From Psilocybe cubensis (lineage: Eukaryota), in NCBI GenBank assembly GCA_017499595.2, contig CM038999.1, forward strand, positions 2,914,001 through 2,978,000: a DNA stretch of 64,000 bases, given 5' to 3'. The notes beneath the pieces are model-generated. The model was given only the letters and a program-made list of their open reading frames with translations. It made no database searches and was not told where the DNA came from. The stretch's first letter is position 1. Each line of letters opens with the position of its first letter. This document shows positions 47,309 to 61,174 of this stretch, in pieces. The translations under genes were made by a program, and so were the position numbers.

Positions 47309-50135
47309 ATGGCGTCATATCTATCCACCGAACAACCCATCAAATTCTCTCAAGAAACTGAAAGCTTAGTGAAACGTCTTGCGGGTCCTTCGTCCGGGAA
47401 GGCGGGGTCTGTCGATTCTTCCCAAATCAATTCCTATTCAAACTGTCTAACATGGATATCAGACTAGCTAAAGATCAAACTGAAATAAATCGAATTATCT
47501 CCGATGCCTCCAAGGGATCCAAGTTCTATGAAGTGCGTATATATGACATTCAGCCATCCATGGAGGAATAATATAGAGCTTGCAACAGAATGAAAAAAAG
47601 AAGGACAAGGAGTTAACGATTAAAATTAACAGGATATTGAAACAAAGGGACGAGGCAATAAATGGAGTTGATATCGGTGTGTTTGAGCCCTTGTGTAAAA
47701 TCTGTGACTCGGGTGCCCTAAACCAATACACTATTTCTAGCGAAAATAGAGGCAGCTGTTGACCAGATGGTAAGTGGATTGATTATATTACCCGTTAACC
47801 AATATGTCATCTAGCATGGCACAGATAAACAAGATTGAATCTCAACGAGACCTAACTCAAATCATTGTTCACGTCGATATGGATGCATTCTATGCAGTGA
47901 GTTAGCCAGATCGTTATTTAATGAATTCAATGACATTCGATTAAAGAGTGTAGAATTGTTGGACAACCCAGATCTCAAAGGGAAACCTTTTGCTGTAAGG
48001 CGTTCCATGTGATTATTTTGGAGATCCCACCTCATGTTTACTTAGGTTGGAAAGGGGGTTTTGACGACTGCATCATATGACGCCAGAAAATACGGAGTTC
48101 GGTCTGGAATGGCGGGCAAGTCATGGCCTTCAAATGCCGCCAAACGGAATTTTTAATATCGACATAGGCTTCATCGCAAAGAAACTCTGTCCAGAACTCA
48201 TATTTATTCCCAACCATTTTGCCAGATATTCGGAAATGTCAAGCAAGGTGATGGAGATATTTCACAGATATGACCCAGATATGTGTCCAGCTGGATGTGA
48301 TGAGGGGTATCTAAAGTATGCGATATTTATTTCCTACCCCAGACATTTTGTAGCTGATCCGCAATCAAAGTATTACATTGTATTGTGAGGAACACTCAAT
48401 GACGGCCGAAGAATGCGTCAAGGAAATGCGAGAAACTGTATTTCGAGAGACTAAACTGACAGTCAGCGCTGGAATAGCTCCAAACAAGGTGTGTCTAATT
48501 GTATACTCGGGGCAGAGTTAATTGACATCTAAAATGCAATCAGATGCTTGCAAAGGTGTGCATTTCACCGTGCTCGGCTCTTTCGCTCTAATGGAAATTT
48601 ACGACTTTCAGATATGTTCCGACAAGGTCAGTATCTATGTCATACTGTTTAAGCAAATTCGGAAATTAACATATGTTTGTTTTTTTTGTGCAGAATAAAC
48701 CCAACGGGCAGTTCCAGCTTGAATTCGATTCCGAGTCTATCAAAAGTTTCATGCACGATCTCTCCATCCGCAAGGTCCCGGGAATTGGTCGGGTTAATGA
48801 AAGGTTACTGGATGCAATTGGTATCAAGGTGTGTTGTATAGTGTTATAGTAAGTGACTATATTAAAACAAAATATTATCAGACTTGTGGAGACATCTATA
48901 CGCAGAGAGCCGTTCTTTCATTGATGGACAAACAATTTGGTCTGGTTTTTTTACTACGAACCTACTTGGGCATTGCAAGCAACACTGTCGAGGCCTATCG
49001 ACGGGAGGAACGAAAGAGCATAGGTGCCGAAAGGTACTGTTTTTTCCAGACACTTTACTACATATCTCCCTCAATAAATAATTATGACCCAGAACGTTTC
49101 CGTCTCTGAGGAATATCCAACAGATCCACGAGAAACTGGCCGAGGTTGCTGACGAACTGGAGAGAGATATGGAAGAAAATGGTTGGGCAGGGCGAACGGT
49201 TACATTAAAATTCAAGCTAAATACATATCAAGGTCTGTTTCACGAGATGGAGTTTGAAGTTCTTCCATAAACTGAATGCTGATTCTGTTCAGTGTTTACT
49301 CGGGCGAAGTCACTTAACCATTGGGTAACGAAAAAAGAGGAGCTTTTTGAGGTTTGTGGGATATTTTTTTAAATCTACTTGCTTTCCCTCATTCATGGTC
49401 AGATTGGGAAGGAACTGCTTGCACCGGAGCTACCTGTTACAATTCGACTTATCGGCCTACGAGTAACTAAACTGAAAGACCTTCGAGATACAGGGACGAA
49501 CGGTATCAAGCGCGTTCGTATTTCTGTTGGATCTATCTTGCGTCTTGGCTAACATTCTTTAGTTTTTTGAGCCTGCTAGTAAAAATGGAAGCCCTCGGAA
49601 ACGAGCCAAGTTATCAAATGAAGAGCTGGAAGATCACGATTACATGGAGGAGGCTATGCCTGGATACCATGAACATGATGAGACGGACTACAAGCTAGAA
49701 GACGATTCTTTTGAAGGTGATGAGATTATCGACCTGACGAATATCCAGGAGAATCTAGACACTTCGATATCTCCCTCGAGGCGACCACCTCATTCAACGT
49801 CCAACGCACATGCTTCTGCAAGCGATCTGGGCCCGCCCTCGAGACCAAGAAGTAACAGCGAGGCAAAGCCATTCAGCCCAAAGTCTATCAAAGCTGTAGA
49901 AACACATGAATGCCCAATCTGTAGCAAGACCTTGGAAACCGATAATCAGGGCCTCAATGCTCATGTTGATTTCTGCTTAAGTCGTGGTGCTATCATGGAG
50001 GCTCAAGGTTCTGCTACGAAAATTATCAAAAGTACCGCCACCTACAAGGGATGGCCTAAACCAGAACCACGAAAAAAATTCAATGCAAAACCCGAAAATC
50101 CAAAAAAACCAGGTTCTTCCAAACGGGGGAAATGA
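47309..50135 (+). CDS. POLK: Y-family DNA polymerase kappa (DinB homologue)
   Basis: N-clasp KAG|LAKDQTEINRIISDASKGSKFYE, VHVDMDAFYA, TTASYDARKYGVRSGM, CDEGYL, SAGIAPNK, RKVPGIGRV, ERKSIGAE and a C-terminal UBZ (CPIC...NAHVDFC). Many introns and microexons. Confidence 0.95.
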
Positions 50136-50240
50136 GGACACCCTTTGAACATGTATGTATGTATGTATTTTAGATGTCATTTTTTATTGGAATTTGGAAT
50201 TTGTATTTTCAGTAAATTAGGTTCAACGTCGCTGAACAGT

Positions 50241-51018
50241 TCATTTCCCTCTGTGCTGCTTGAAAGACTGCTGGATACCTTTTCCTGCCTTGATATCTTC
50301 CATACAGCGAGCGTCGATTTCCCTCCCTTTGAAGGCCAAATCGACCACCTGAGCTTCAAGATCTCGTGGAACACATACAATGCCATCCTCATCGGCAACA
50401 ATCCAGTCACCGGGTTGAATAGTAACAGCAGGGAAGCTGTCTGCACCTGGGCCTTGAGGGGTTATGGTTAACTCGATGTTTATGGCAGATGGTCTCGTGA
50501 ATGGGGATTGTCCAAGAGTTGAATGTCCGCGAGAGAAAACTGGAAAACCGAGTGCTCTGTGCTCTGCAAGGTCTCTGCAGCGACCAGATATAACGACGCC
50601 AGTTACACCACGCGCTTGCGCACCTGCAGTCATGAGCCCTCCCCACACTGCACTTTTAGCCTCTACCTCACGATGAATTCATAAGTGGACATAGATCGGG
50701 CGAAGCCAGATAAAACAGCACTGAACCGGGAGGTGCATCGATGACGATGACTGAGCCTGCAGGAGCAGTGTCAACAAAGTGGGCAGTAAGCTTTGGAGCG
50801 GTTGTGTTTGATGCTAGCACCATTTGGACAGTGTATGCTGGGCTGCATAATTTAACGTCTGGGCTCGGGCAGGTCATATGGATGTCAGGGATATGGCCTC
50901 CGTGGGGGACAGAGAGTTTGATCAAGGCGTCAGATATCTCGCATGTTGAGAAATCTTTCAAAGAGGGGTTCGACATGGCCTTCAAAACAGTGTTGATGGT
51001 AGAGAATGCACGATTCAT
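50241..51018 (-). CDS. RraA-like / HMG-CHA aldolase family protein
   Basis: FSTCEISDAL, GSVIVIDAP, AVWGGLMTAGAQARGVTGVVISGRCRD and IQPGDWIVADEDGIVCVP, with one intron. The start is at 51018 or 50976. Confidence 0.9.
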
Positions 51019-51210
51019 GAAGGTAGAAAGAAAACAGGGTAACGGATACCCGACGGACGGACTCTTTGACTTCAGTCAATAGATAAGATAAGATAATATA
51101 GAGTCGCACGTGTAAAGTGACTATTGCTTTTACTCTCAGAACGTCAATGGCAGAATTATGTCCAATTTCAAACTCATGTCGTGAACAAGCTCCTAATTGT
51201 ATCCAGCATA

Positions 51211-53330
51211 ATGAATCCTCGGTCGCCTCCTGCTCGTCCCCATATTGGCATACACTCATCCCATTTTTCAAAAAATGCCGACTGGGGCGAAGATGATGCC
51301 TGGGACAGCACCTCAGATTCAGAGTCTCCTCGTCAGTCGACCCTAAATTCTTCATGGAATCGTCCGCCCGCAGCTTCATCAACAACGGCCCCGAAGATGG
51401 TTCCAAGGACATCTTCTAATTCATCTTCGTCAACATTAGCTTTCTCATATACGCATCTCCAAGCGCCCAGTTCATACCCTCCAAAATCAGACAACTCATT
51501 GGCTGAAGCCGCTCCGAAGAATGGTTGGACTATGATCCGTACATCCCATGGCGGGAAAGATGGAGAAGGTCAAAGCACTCAAAGAGCTCAGACAAAGGAT
51601 GGTGAATACGATCGATATTCTACCGGCTCTGGGGATCTAGATGTAGAAGGCGATATGATCTTGGGCGATCTTGAACCTGAAGCAAATGCAACAGATACAA
51701 ATGACGCTCAGATTCCCCTCCAATCTAAACCAAAACATAACTATGGTTCTATACGCTTAGATATCGACGACATCGTCACAGGTAAAATAACCTTTGGTGC
51801 TTATGCATTGTGTTACTGAAAATATAGTCATGTGTTGCACTTAGATCCTCTTAATGGCATCATAAATCGTAGTCGTCTTAGGGGTTCCTCACCGTTGCCA
51901 ACTTACCAGTCAGAAAACAAGCCTATACCCTCGACTCATCAGCGCGAAAGATCGGAAAAGATTCTTCGTGAAAACTCTATTCGATCGAATCGCAGACACA
52001 AGTTCGTAGAATGCCTATCCAGTCAAGACGTCAATATTAGTGTGTAGCCGCTATGACCATCTTTAGACATCTTCTTACCGATGAATCTAGGCGAGTTGCG
52101 GAAACTGGCATGGGCTGGCATACCAAATGATCTTCGTCCTATGGCCTGGCAATTGTTGCTCGTTAGTCGTTTTTGACAACTACTTGATACAATACTGAAA
52201 CTAATGGAATTAGGGATATTTACCTCTACCAACACCTCTACGTTCGAGTACTCTGAAAAGGAAACGAGGCGAATATCAAAACATGGTAGATCTTGCTTTT
52301 GCCAGAGGGAGGGAAGGACTAGATCAACAAATATGGCATCAAATCGAGATTGACGTCCCTAGAACTCGACCCGGTGTTCGGTTATGGATGCATGAAACAA
52401 CACAGCGGGTGAATACTAGGTTCTATACCACTTTCTCAACTAATCTGGAAACCACAGAGCCTCGAGCGCATTCTATATGTCTGGGCCATCAGACATCCAG
52501 CTAGTGGTTATGTGCAAGGGATCAATGATCTTGTGACTCCCTTTTTCCAAGTTTTCCTTTCGGCTTATATAGGTGATGAATTTATACAGCTCGACACTGA
52601 CATACATACTGATAGAACACAGATTCTGAGCCCGAAGAATTTGATACCTCTCTCCTCCCTTCACATGCTCTATTGGCGATAGAAGCCGATTCTTTTTGGT
52701 GTCTATCTCGGCTACTTGACGGAATCCAGGACAATTATATCTTTGCCCAACCCGGGATCCAGAGAAGTGTAAGGCGGATGGCGGAGCTAGTTGCACGCAT
52801 CGATGGTCTGTAGCTCTTCGCGATGTACTTTTTTCCTTCTCCCAGCTCATAGAGTTTCCCAGCTCCTTTATCCGCTCACTTGGAGTCGCAGAATGTTGAA
52901 TTCATGCAATTCGCGTTCCGCTGGATGAATTGTTTGTTAATGCGAGAGATTAGCGTGCAGAATACCATTCGGATGTGGGATACATACCTAGTGAGTAATC
53001 TATCCTTCGTGTGTCGCATTTCTGAAATTTCTCTTTGGTGCTGCAGGCAGAAGGCCCTGATGCATTTTCCCAGTTCCACTTATATGTTTGCTCAGCATTC
53101 CTGGTGCGCTGGAGTGATAAATTAAGAAAAATGGATTTCCAAGTGTGTTGCAAACAATACGTCATGCGAGGCTGCTTAACAAATGGTATTTTCCTCAGGG
53201 AATCATCATGTTTTTACAGTCCTTGCCAACCCAAGATTGGGGAGATCACGAAATTGAAATGCTTCTTAGCGAAGCGTTTGTTCTCAACTCAATATGGCAC
53301 AACGCACAAAGCCATTTCAATGGCAAATGA
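51211..53330 (+). CDS. GYP1: TBC-domain Rab GTPase-activating protein (Gyp1/TBC1D22 family)
   Basis: LRKLAWAGIP, RPMAWQLL, QIEIDVPRT (Arg finger), WAIRHPASGYVQGINDL (Gln finger), EADSFWCL, QFAFRWMNCLLMRE and FLQSLPTQDW. Confidence 0.93.
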
Positions 53331-53495
53331 AATCTCACTCACTGTATTGTTATTTATGGACACGTATCTAGCGTCAAACATTGTACAATGCGAACACAGC
53401 GACTAACGAAATGTGCGATGTGCCAAAGAGTAAATGTGAAACGTTCATATTAAACCAAGAGCTATTGACATGGTATAAATGAACCCAGTCACCCC

Positions 53496-55765
53496 TCAAG
53501 GTTCTTTGGCTTTGACGAATGCGATTTCTCGCTCAAGAGCTCCCTTAAGTTCTTGGGCATCGGTTTCAGTCGGCATACGCACAGAGTACGTTTGAGAAGT
53601 TCCCGCATCATGGCCCATGAACGTCACGGAGTTCTTGGTTTGTGTGGGTTTGAGACCCGAGTACAAATTGAAATTCTATAATCAAGTTTGTGGAGTGACA
53701 TTCATAAGAAATAAAGAATTATACACACCATAATGACTTTCCCGTTTGTACTATTTCGTAACAGCACCCGACGTGCTCCACTAGTCTTGTCTTTTTTCAA
53801 TTTCAAAAGGCCTTAAGAGTTTTGTCAGTAGTTGGAATAACAGTAACCGAATCAGACGCTTAACCAGATCCAATGTTCACCCATTTCATAGAGCCCTCAG
53901 CATCCTTAGTTAGTTTGTAGGCTTTCAATCTTGAACTATGAGTTGTCTCTTCGTTTTCCTCGCCCTCTCCATCTTCATCATGAGGGTTAATACTGGCCAT
54001 TAAACCCGACGTAGCTGGATCGGCTCCTTCTGTAGTTGTGGGTGAAGCATTGTCCACAGTTGTCTGAGGTGTAGCATCGTCTGAAGTAGGCTTCTCAACT
54101 GTCGTGTTTTCAGTAGATGATTTTTCTCCTCCAAATGTTGATGCTGAATTTCCAGATCCAAATAAGGAGGCGGTCTTGGGAGCCTCAGTGGAAGGAGAAG
54201 GTTTCCCAAATGTGAAACTTCCCGGCGGCTTGTCTGGGCCACCAAAGGGATTGAAGGATGTAGGCTTGTCGGATTTATCGGTAGGAGTTGATCCGAACCC
54301 ACCAAACGGAGTGGTTGCCTTTGTCGGCAAAGAACCGAATACTGACTTCGTATTGGAGGTTGAAGTAGACGTGCCTCCCACATTGAATACAGAAGGTGCG
54401 GGGTTACCAAAAGTACCAAAAGGCGAGGATGTAGATGTTTTGGTCGATGAATCACTGAAAGCAAAGAAAGATGGCACAGTAGGAGGAGGAGTGGCAGAGG
54501 ATGCAATCGGCGTGGTTGATGACGAGTTTCCGAATACGCTAGGGGTAGCCGTAGCATCTTTTGCCACTGCAAAAGGATTTGATGCACCAGAACCAATTGC
54601 TTTAAAATCGAACAGACTACTCTTGGGAGACCCAGTGGTGGCCGGCGTAGGGCTCATTGTCGTTGTTTTCCCGGCGTTGAAACCCGTAAATGAAGCTGGA
54701 GGAACAGGCATGGCAGGTGTGTTACTTACTACTGGTGCCGACATATCACTCTTTGGAGTGGGCTTTGGGTCCAGACTGGATGATTCGTCGAAATCTTTTT
54801 GGATTTTCAAGCGGAGGGTTTTATACTGCTCTAAAAGTTCCGATATGTCGATGAAGGGATCACTTTCCACTGTTTTCGTAATGGCGGAAAGAACAGATGT
54901 ATTCAACCCACGGAGATCTGTATAGTACTTTTCGGGAACAGAATCATTGAAAGGTTTTGCACTGCTAGAACTGTGAGCAGTCTGGGGAGTTGGGTTTAGC
55001 GGGTTGGCCGTGCTGGAATTGCTGATTATCGAAGCAAATGTTTTTGATGTATTACTTGCGGAAGACGGAGAGTTAGAAAAGGGGTTTGATGAAGGAGAAA
55101 ACCCTGACGAAGGCTGGGATAGTGTGGTTGTAAAAGGGGAAAATGAAGGTTTTACAGAGAAGAAGTTCTATTGTTGTGTTAATATTTATGAAGGTATTCA
55201 ATGAAGAATGCTGGCTCACATTCGAAGCATTGGGAAGCTTGTCTCCTGTCTCTGTAGTTGTCTTAAATGCAACTCCAGTGGAGAAAGGTGACTAGACGCC
55301 AAATGATGAGTAATGGCTGTTATGAGAGTGAGTTTACACTACAAACACTTGTCACAGGTGTCCCAATAGGGCCAGTGTTGAATGTGGTTATACCCGGAGT
55401 TGAAGCCGGTGCAAGAGGTGAAGAGGTGGGCTATAATAACGAGGTCGGGATGAGTTCTTCTATCCGTAACGTTCCAATAAATTGCTTAATAGTTACTGAT
55501 GGTATATTGTCGGGTGCGCGGGCTCCTCCGCGTTTAGGAAGGCCACGAATCCTGTAGGCTTAGTTAATAAAAGATATCGTCCATTAGTGAGTTAACGGAC
55601 ACCCTCGTAGCCAAAACATTCTCATCCGCCTTCTTGAACCCTTGCCCAGGGTTCTCCTGTTCAAACGTTGAGCAAAATGAAGATTTGAAAAGATAGATTC
55701 GGAACCTCAATTTCTTCCTCCTCGCGGTCATCCCTTGCGATTTGCTTGTCGGCTTGACGCTTCAT
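53496..55765 (-). CDS. NUP2: Nup2/Nup50-like nucleoporin with FG repeats and a C-terminal RanBD1 domain
   Basis: N-terminal MKRQADKQIARDD...RIRGLPKR (Nup50-like importin-alpha-binding start), many FG/FxF motifs in S/T/P-rich sequence, and a C-terminal GEGEENEETTHSSRLKAYKL...WVNIGSG RanBD. Confidence 0.8.
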
Positions 55766-56146
55766 GTTAGTTATGAAAGTTATGAAATAAACAGATGCCT
55801 CTGCAGAGTGGCAGATGCGGTCACGCTCAAGCCTCGTTTTGCTTGTTTGAATCGCGGTGCACGCGTTGTTCTCAATTATTCCCACAATCAGGACGTGAAC
55901 CTGCCACCAAACAAATTCTTTGTACCATCCAAACTTGTAAACCATTCTTGATTATCTAATAACAAATTGTAGTAATACAAGGAAAGAAAGCGCTAGGATA
56001 TGTGACCAGCTAATGCCAGCACTAAATAAAGGCATGTCCATCCGTGAACAACAAACAGCAAGAATCCTACATGGGGAGGCTAGAACAATAAAAGTAACAA
56101 ATGGAACAGAATACTGAAATATCAGTCTAAAATTATTTATGTGGAC

Positions 56147-59100
56147 TCATTGAAGAGGGATCCTCATTGGAAGGGCCATCTTGATGGTCTGAAAGGCAAA
56201 GCGTATGCCATTATGAAAAGCCCAGAGCATAGACACTGAAATTCGTAGTCAGGTTTGTTTTCACGGTGATTAATTAGAATAGAATATACTCACAAAAAAG
56301 AATTGGTAACCAAAACAGCAATAACATACGATCATCTGAAAGCTAGTGATTAATAGGTAGTCAAACCGATAAAGGGAGAACTCACGTTTTTTTTGGGTTT
56401 GGTTTGCAGGAGGCTGATATCCAAATGATTCAACGACTTTATCTGGCACCGGAGTGCTATCGTATCCAACAGGGCGAATTTCGGATGAGGGGCGGGTGGA
56501 GGAGGAAGAAGGCTCCTGAGCTTCAGCATCGTCTTGAGTCTGCGCTGATATCTGTACTGACTCATTATCGCCTGCACGAGGAGTATACACAGGAGGGGGA
56601 AGTTCCTCAGTTTGCTGTCTAGCAGTCGTTGCCACTGCCAATGCGACCCATTTTTCCCAAGTCGCACGCCACTCCTGTGCAGCTCGCAAAGCAACAGCAC
56701 CAGCGCCCATATTGGGTGGACCACCCTCTCCTTCATTGTGCATCCTTTCTCCTGGAGCTCCTGTTCCTGGCTCGCCACCAAAAAATGAGGGCCAGCCTGG
56801 CATCATTGGCACAAATACAGGGAACACCATGGGCAGTTGTGGCAGTGCACCCCATGGGACGGCAGGAAGATCAGGCAAGTGAGGAAGATGTGGTAAAGGA
56901 AGCTGGGGCATATTTGGGATGATTCCTTGGGCAGGTATCTGGGCTAGGGTGCGCTGAATCATTTTCTCCATGAAGGAGGCCGCACGCTTGGCGTCAGCAG
57001 TGTTTAAATCAACCTCTCCTTTCTTGTCGTCTTCGCTGCCAACATCGATGGTGGGAGGAGGTGGAGGAGGAGGAGGTGGTGGTGGAGGCGTAGCCGCTCG
57101 AGACACATCCACCGATCGTCTGGGTGTTCCTCGACCAGACTGCAGTAGGCTCAGTCGGGACAGTCGGCGAGAGACGCGACGGTTTATAACGCGGCGAGAT
57201 GGAAGGTCATCATCTCCCTCAGCATCTCCTAGGTTGGCATCCTCGTCTTCCGACCATTCGCCATCACTGTCACTATCACAGTATAAAGACGAAGGTAATT
57301 CTTCAAAGAACCCTGTGGTGGCGATCTCATATGCCGTCTTTCCTAGAGAATTGACAATTTCCACGTCGGCTCCACCCTGCAATAAGATGTTAGAGCACAA
57401 CTTCGACTGGGAAAGAGCGGCAAAGTGGAGTGGAGTGAAACCATTACGATCTCGAGCATCGACATCTGCGCCGTGATTTACAAGGAAGCGCGTTACATGA
57501 GAAAGTCCCAAAAAGGCAGACAAGTGAAGTAGTGTTTGTCCAGTCGCAGATGGGTAGGAAATGGCTTGTGAGGTGGGGATTGCGTTAGGTGCTGCGCTGC
57601 CTATGGAAGTATCCAGGACCGTAAGTAATTGAAGGAGTTGTTTCTCAAAATCTTTGATATCTCCTTGACCTTGATTGAATAGAAGTGGACGAATTGATGG
57701 AGAGGTTCCCATTTGCATCATACCAGTATTATTACCGTGGTTTGAATCAGAGTTGTCACTTCCAGCGGTCCCCACAATTCTCATGGCGACATTCTTAGCG
57801 TCTTCGATTTTGCCCGTCATTTTGAGGCCTACTACTTGCAAAGCAAGTTCCATCCTAACAACATTAATAAGCAACGATTCCAGTAAGACAAAGAAAAGAC
57901 TAACAAAGCACGGTCTGATTCATCAGAGTATGTAAATAATGAAGGAGGAGTATGTGTTTGCTCATCAGCCTTCGCAAACCCTTCAAACCAGACAGCGACA
58001 ACACCTGGCATTGACCGAGGAGGCAGTACACAAACCAGTGTGTTGTCGCTCCACCGCTGCGTCGAACTAGCGGCCACATCACCGAAGACACAATTAAGCT
58101 GAACTGTTGGATGAAAATTTGCCCCGAGAACTGTAACTTCGATGCCACCATGAGTTGGTCCAGAGTTAGGTATAAGACGATGTATCGTAGGTGGCTGTAC
58201 TTGGACTGTTTGGGATGATTGTGTGGGGTCAAAGAACATATATGGCATGGAATGAGGTAAAGTTGACATGATCAAATTTGCGGGGTGTTGCGTTGCAGAT
58301 GCTGTGGAAAGCCGCCTATCACCCTGCAAATCCGATGCCCCAAAGCTAAGTTCGGGCATTTGGATATCGGAATTACCATCTAGGGGTGTGGCAAGGGTAT
58401 CTGGGGACGACGTTTCGGATCCATGCACACCATCGTGTAAAGGTGGAGGAATATTTGAGGTAGAAGATTCTAAAACTACCCCAGTCTGAAGGTTTGAAAA
58501 TGGTGTCGAGGCTCTCGTTGCGGGGAGTGGAGAATAGGATGTAGACGGAGAAGGAGCACTAGAGACACTGCCCTCACGCGAGACGCGGTTAGGTTTGGAA
58601 GAGGAATCGTAGGGCTTTGGTCGGGGTTTCATTGGGCCTGTGTTTGATGATAACTCTTTTTTACGCCTTGAGGGTGCTCTGGAATCTGAGATAGAGGAAA
58701 GCTCGTTGATCATCCCGCTGCCTTGCGCCCAATCCGGAGGCTCCATAGCAGTAAAGCTTCCAATTAATTCATGAGGTTTGTTGGCAGTCGACGTTTTATG
58801 ATCGTCGGTTATCATTATCGGTCTCGACATACCTGAGCCCACAATCCGGCCTGCATGATCCATCATCGAGAAATGCACATTGAACCCAACCTTTTCACGA
58901 TGATGACGACAGTAACAAGTAATCCGAAGAGGAAGAACAACGGAACCGGTTGAAAAGTCCAGGATTTCTGCACAGTTGAACTGGATAATGCTCGTAGTAT
59001 CTTCATGATGCTTTGGTCTACTGGGCTTGCTAGGATCGCCCTCAACTTCGGATTCTGAGCGAGCGGGACGCACTCGGGCGGCTAACTTTTTTGCCACACG

Positions 59101-60108
59101 CTTCGCCTGATTGAAATAAGATTGAGAGACCCCAGAGAAAATGAGCTACTTACTTCACGTGATTGGCAGCTTGAGCAGCTTAATACGCGGTTATGGGGAG
59201 GTGACGCACAAGTTATCGTAGCAGAGAGATGGAGCATGTCTTGGGGATCTGGGTCTGCTACGAGATGTGAGTTGTTACGTGAAAGTAATCAAAATAATTC
59301 TACCTATTTTCCCCTGCTTCCTTGTGCGTTTCTTGGTTGCTGTTCCTTGCGGTAATTTCAACCATTTCCAGGACCCTATTCGGTCATATTTATACGGATC
59401 CGAGGATGAGCTTGAGTCTGCCAAATCAACGGTCACTCTGACTTGAGTTTCTACTCGCGATTTAGTCCCGCCTTCTGGTATACTAGGGAACATGATAGGC
59501 ATACTATTATGGGTCAATGGAAGTTCGGAGTGCCACTGGGATAATCACTCACTTGAAGCATGATTCCTTAGGTGGATATACAACCCTCTGGTTCAATATA
59601 GATGAATCTGTTTTACGAGGTAAAGATGCAGGGGGAGGAGGTATCGGCTTTGTCAGGGAAAGAGGAGTGTGTCGAGAAGAAATTAAAGGATTGGTATTGC
59701 GAGATTCGGATTGAAGGTCTCGAGTTAAAGGAGTGTTATTAGAGTTCTGAGGGTATGTAGGAGGCGATGTATAGCTTAGGCTTGAGTTAAACACTGAAGG
59801 AGAACTGGAGTCGAGTCAGGAAAGATTGGAACGTAAACAATATAGAAGACATACTCCTCATAAGCGTGTTGCTCTATCAGGTCATCTAGGCGCAGCATTT
59901 GCTCCTCTTCTGATTTATGCGGGGGTGCGTATACAGAGGGTTCCGACGGCCATGGTGATAGTGTCGACTTTGCTTGCATTGAAAGGTACCACGAGGACGT
60001 GAGGTCTAGCTCACCCTGAATGGTGACTGGCTCAGGAGATTCTGAAGGCTCAGGAGTCAATGGAGACGATGAACGGGATCCTGGCGTTGCTGTCGACGTT
60101 GTGGACAT
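56147..60108 (-). CDS. MGA2: Membrane-bound transcription factor Spt23/Mga2 (IPT/TIG, ankyrin repeats, C-terminal TM)
   Basis: KSRVETQV, CSSCQSRE, LRITCYCRHHREKVGF, PIMITDDHK, PTIHRLIPNSGPTHGGIEVTVLG, ankyrin GQTLLHL/GFTPLHFA and a C-terminal hydrophobic segment (LLLFWLPILF). Confidence 0.92.
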
Positions 60109-61174
60109 CGCAAAGGTTACGGAGACCACTGGGGCACACCGAAACACCAGGAAGGCGTTTTTGTGAATACTTGTGAGAAGAAGTGCTAAGCTTCCGAAAT
60201 CCACATAAATATTTTTCCATATATATCTAGTTTTGGGGCAAAACGTAACTGACCTCCATGTTGACCATTACCATATAAACTTCCTTTCCCCTCTGAATCT
60301 CTTGCATGTCCACATCAAACAGATGTCTAATCTACTCGGAACTGGCAATAATCTAACAATTAGAAGATTGGCATCTTCGAAATATTCAGATGCAATTCCT
60401 GACTGACCTAATAATCCTTTGCTACAGACATCTATGGGAACATCAACGCCGATGACCCACAATAGCTTTCCGATAACGACGAGTCTACGGTCTTCAATTC
60501 CGACTGTTCGCAAAGTTTTGGGGTAGCATTATTAACATACCCAATTCCTTCCGAGAAGTTAATAAGAAAGTTATTTACAATAACTTGACCATCTAACTTG
60601 TTGTCTCAACCAGCACCATTGCACGATTGTTCTTCCTGCAGGCATCGTCGTCGACTCAGTGATAATGCTCAATTGGTTGGTAAATCCGATACTACGCCGC
60701 CTCAGGCCTTCACCTTGGGTTAATACAGCATATTATAGGTTAAACATCATATTCATCAGCCGACATGTCAATGCTTAACACCGGATTCCGGCCACTTTCG
60801 TTCCTGACAACCCTTTATCTTTCAAGCATTATAGGTATTTTCTCATTTGGAGAATGCAGTTGCCTTGCTGTCTTCATACGTTTTCACTCTTCTGATTTCG
60901 TCAAGGTTCATTCGAGTTTACTTGACTGAAAATCTCAACTCTCGGCAGATCGCTATTTATAACGCTTCATGTTGCCTCTGGTCTCCTGGACACAAGATGC
61001 CCATTTCGATTTAATCACACGCCAAGCCTTCAGCTATGTCCATCAAAGACACGGAGTACTCGGAGTACTTTCCCTTCTGAACGCCTACGTCTTTTCGACC
61101 CTACAGTTCATACGTTCTAGCCACACATTCATTCCGTCACGACATTCTTTTGCTGTTCTTGAAACCTCTATCCT

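Noticed and set aside
32232-50135. Apparent stress/DNA-repair gene cluster (AlkB, GSH1, ATG6, caspase-like, POLK)
   Set aside because: The genes belong to unrelated pathways, have mixed orientation, are interrupted by ATP16, and share no motif that I could see. Chance neighbourhood is sufficient.
54104-54925. 273-aa plus-strand ORF
   Set aside because: Antisense shadow of the S/T/P-rich NUP2-like exon, with no independent motif.
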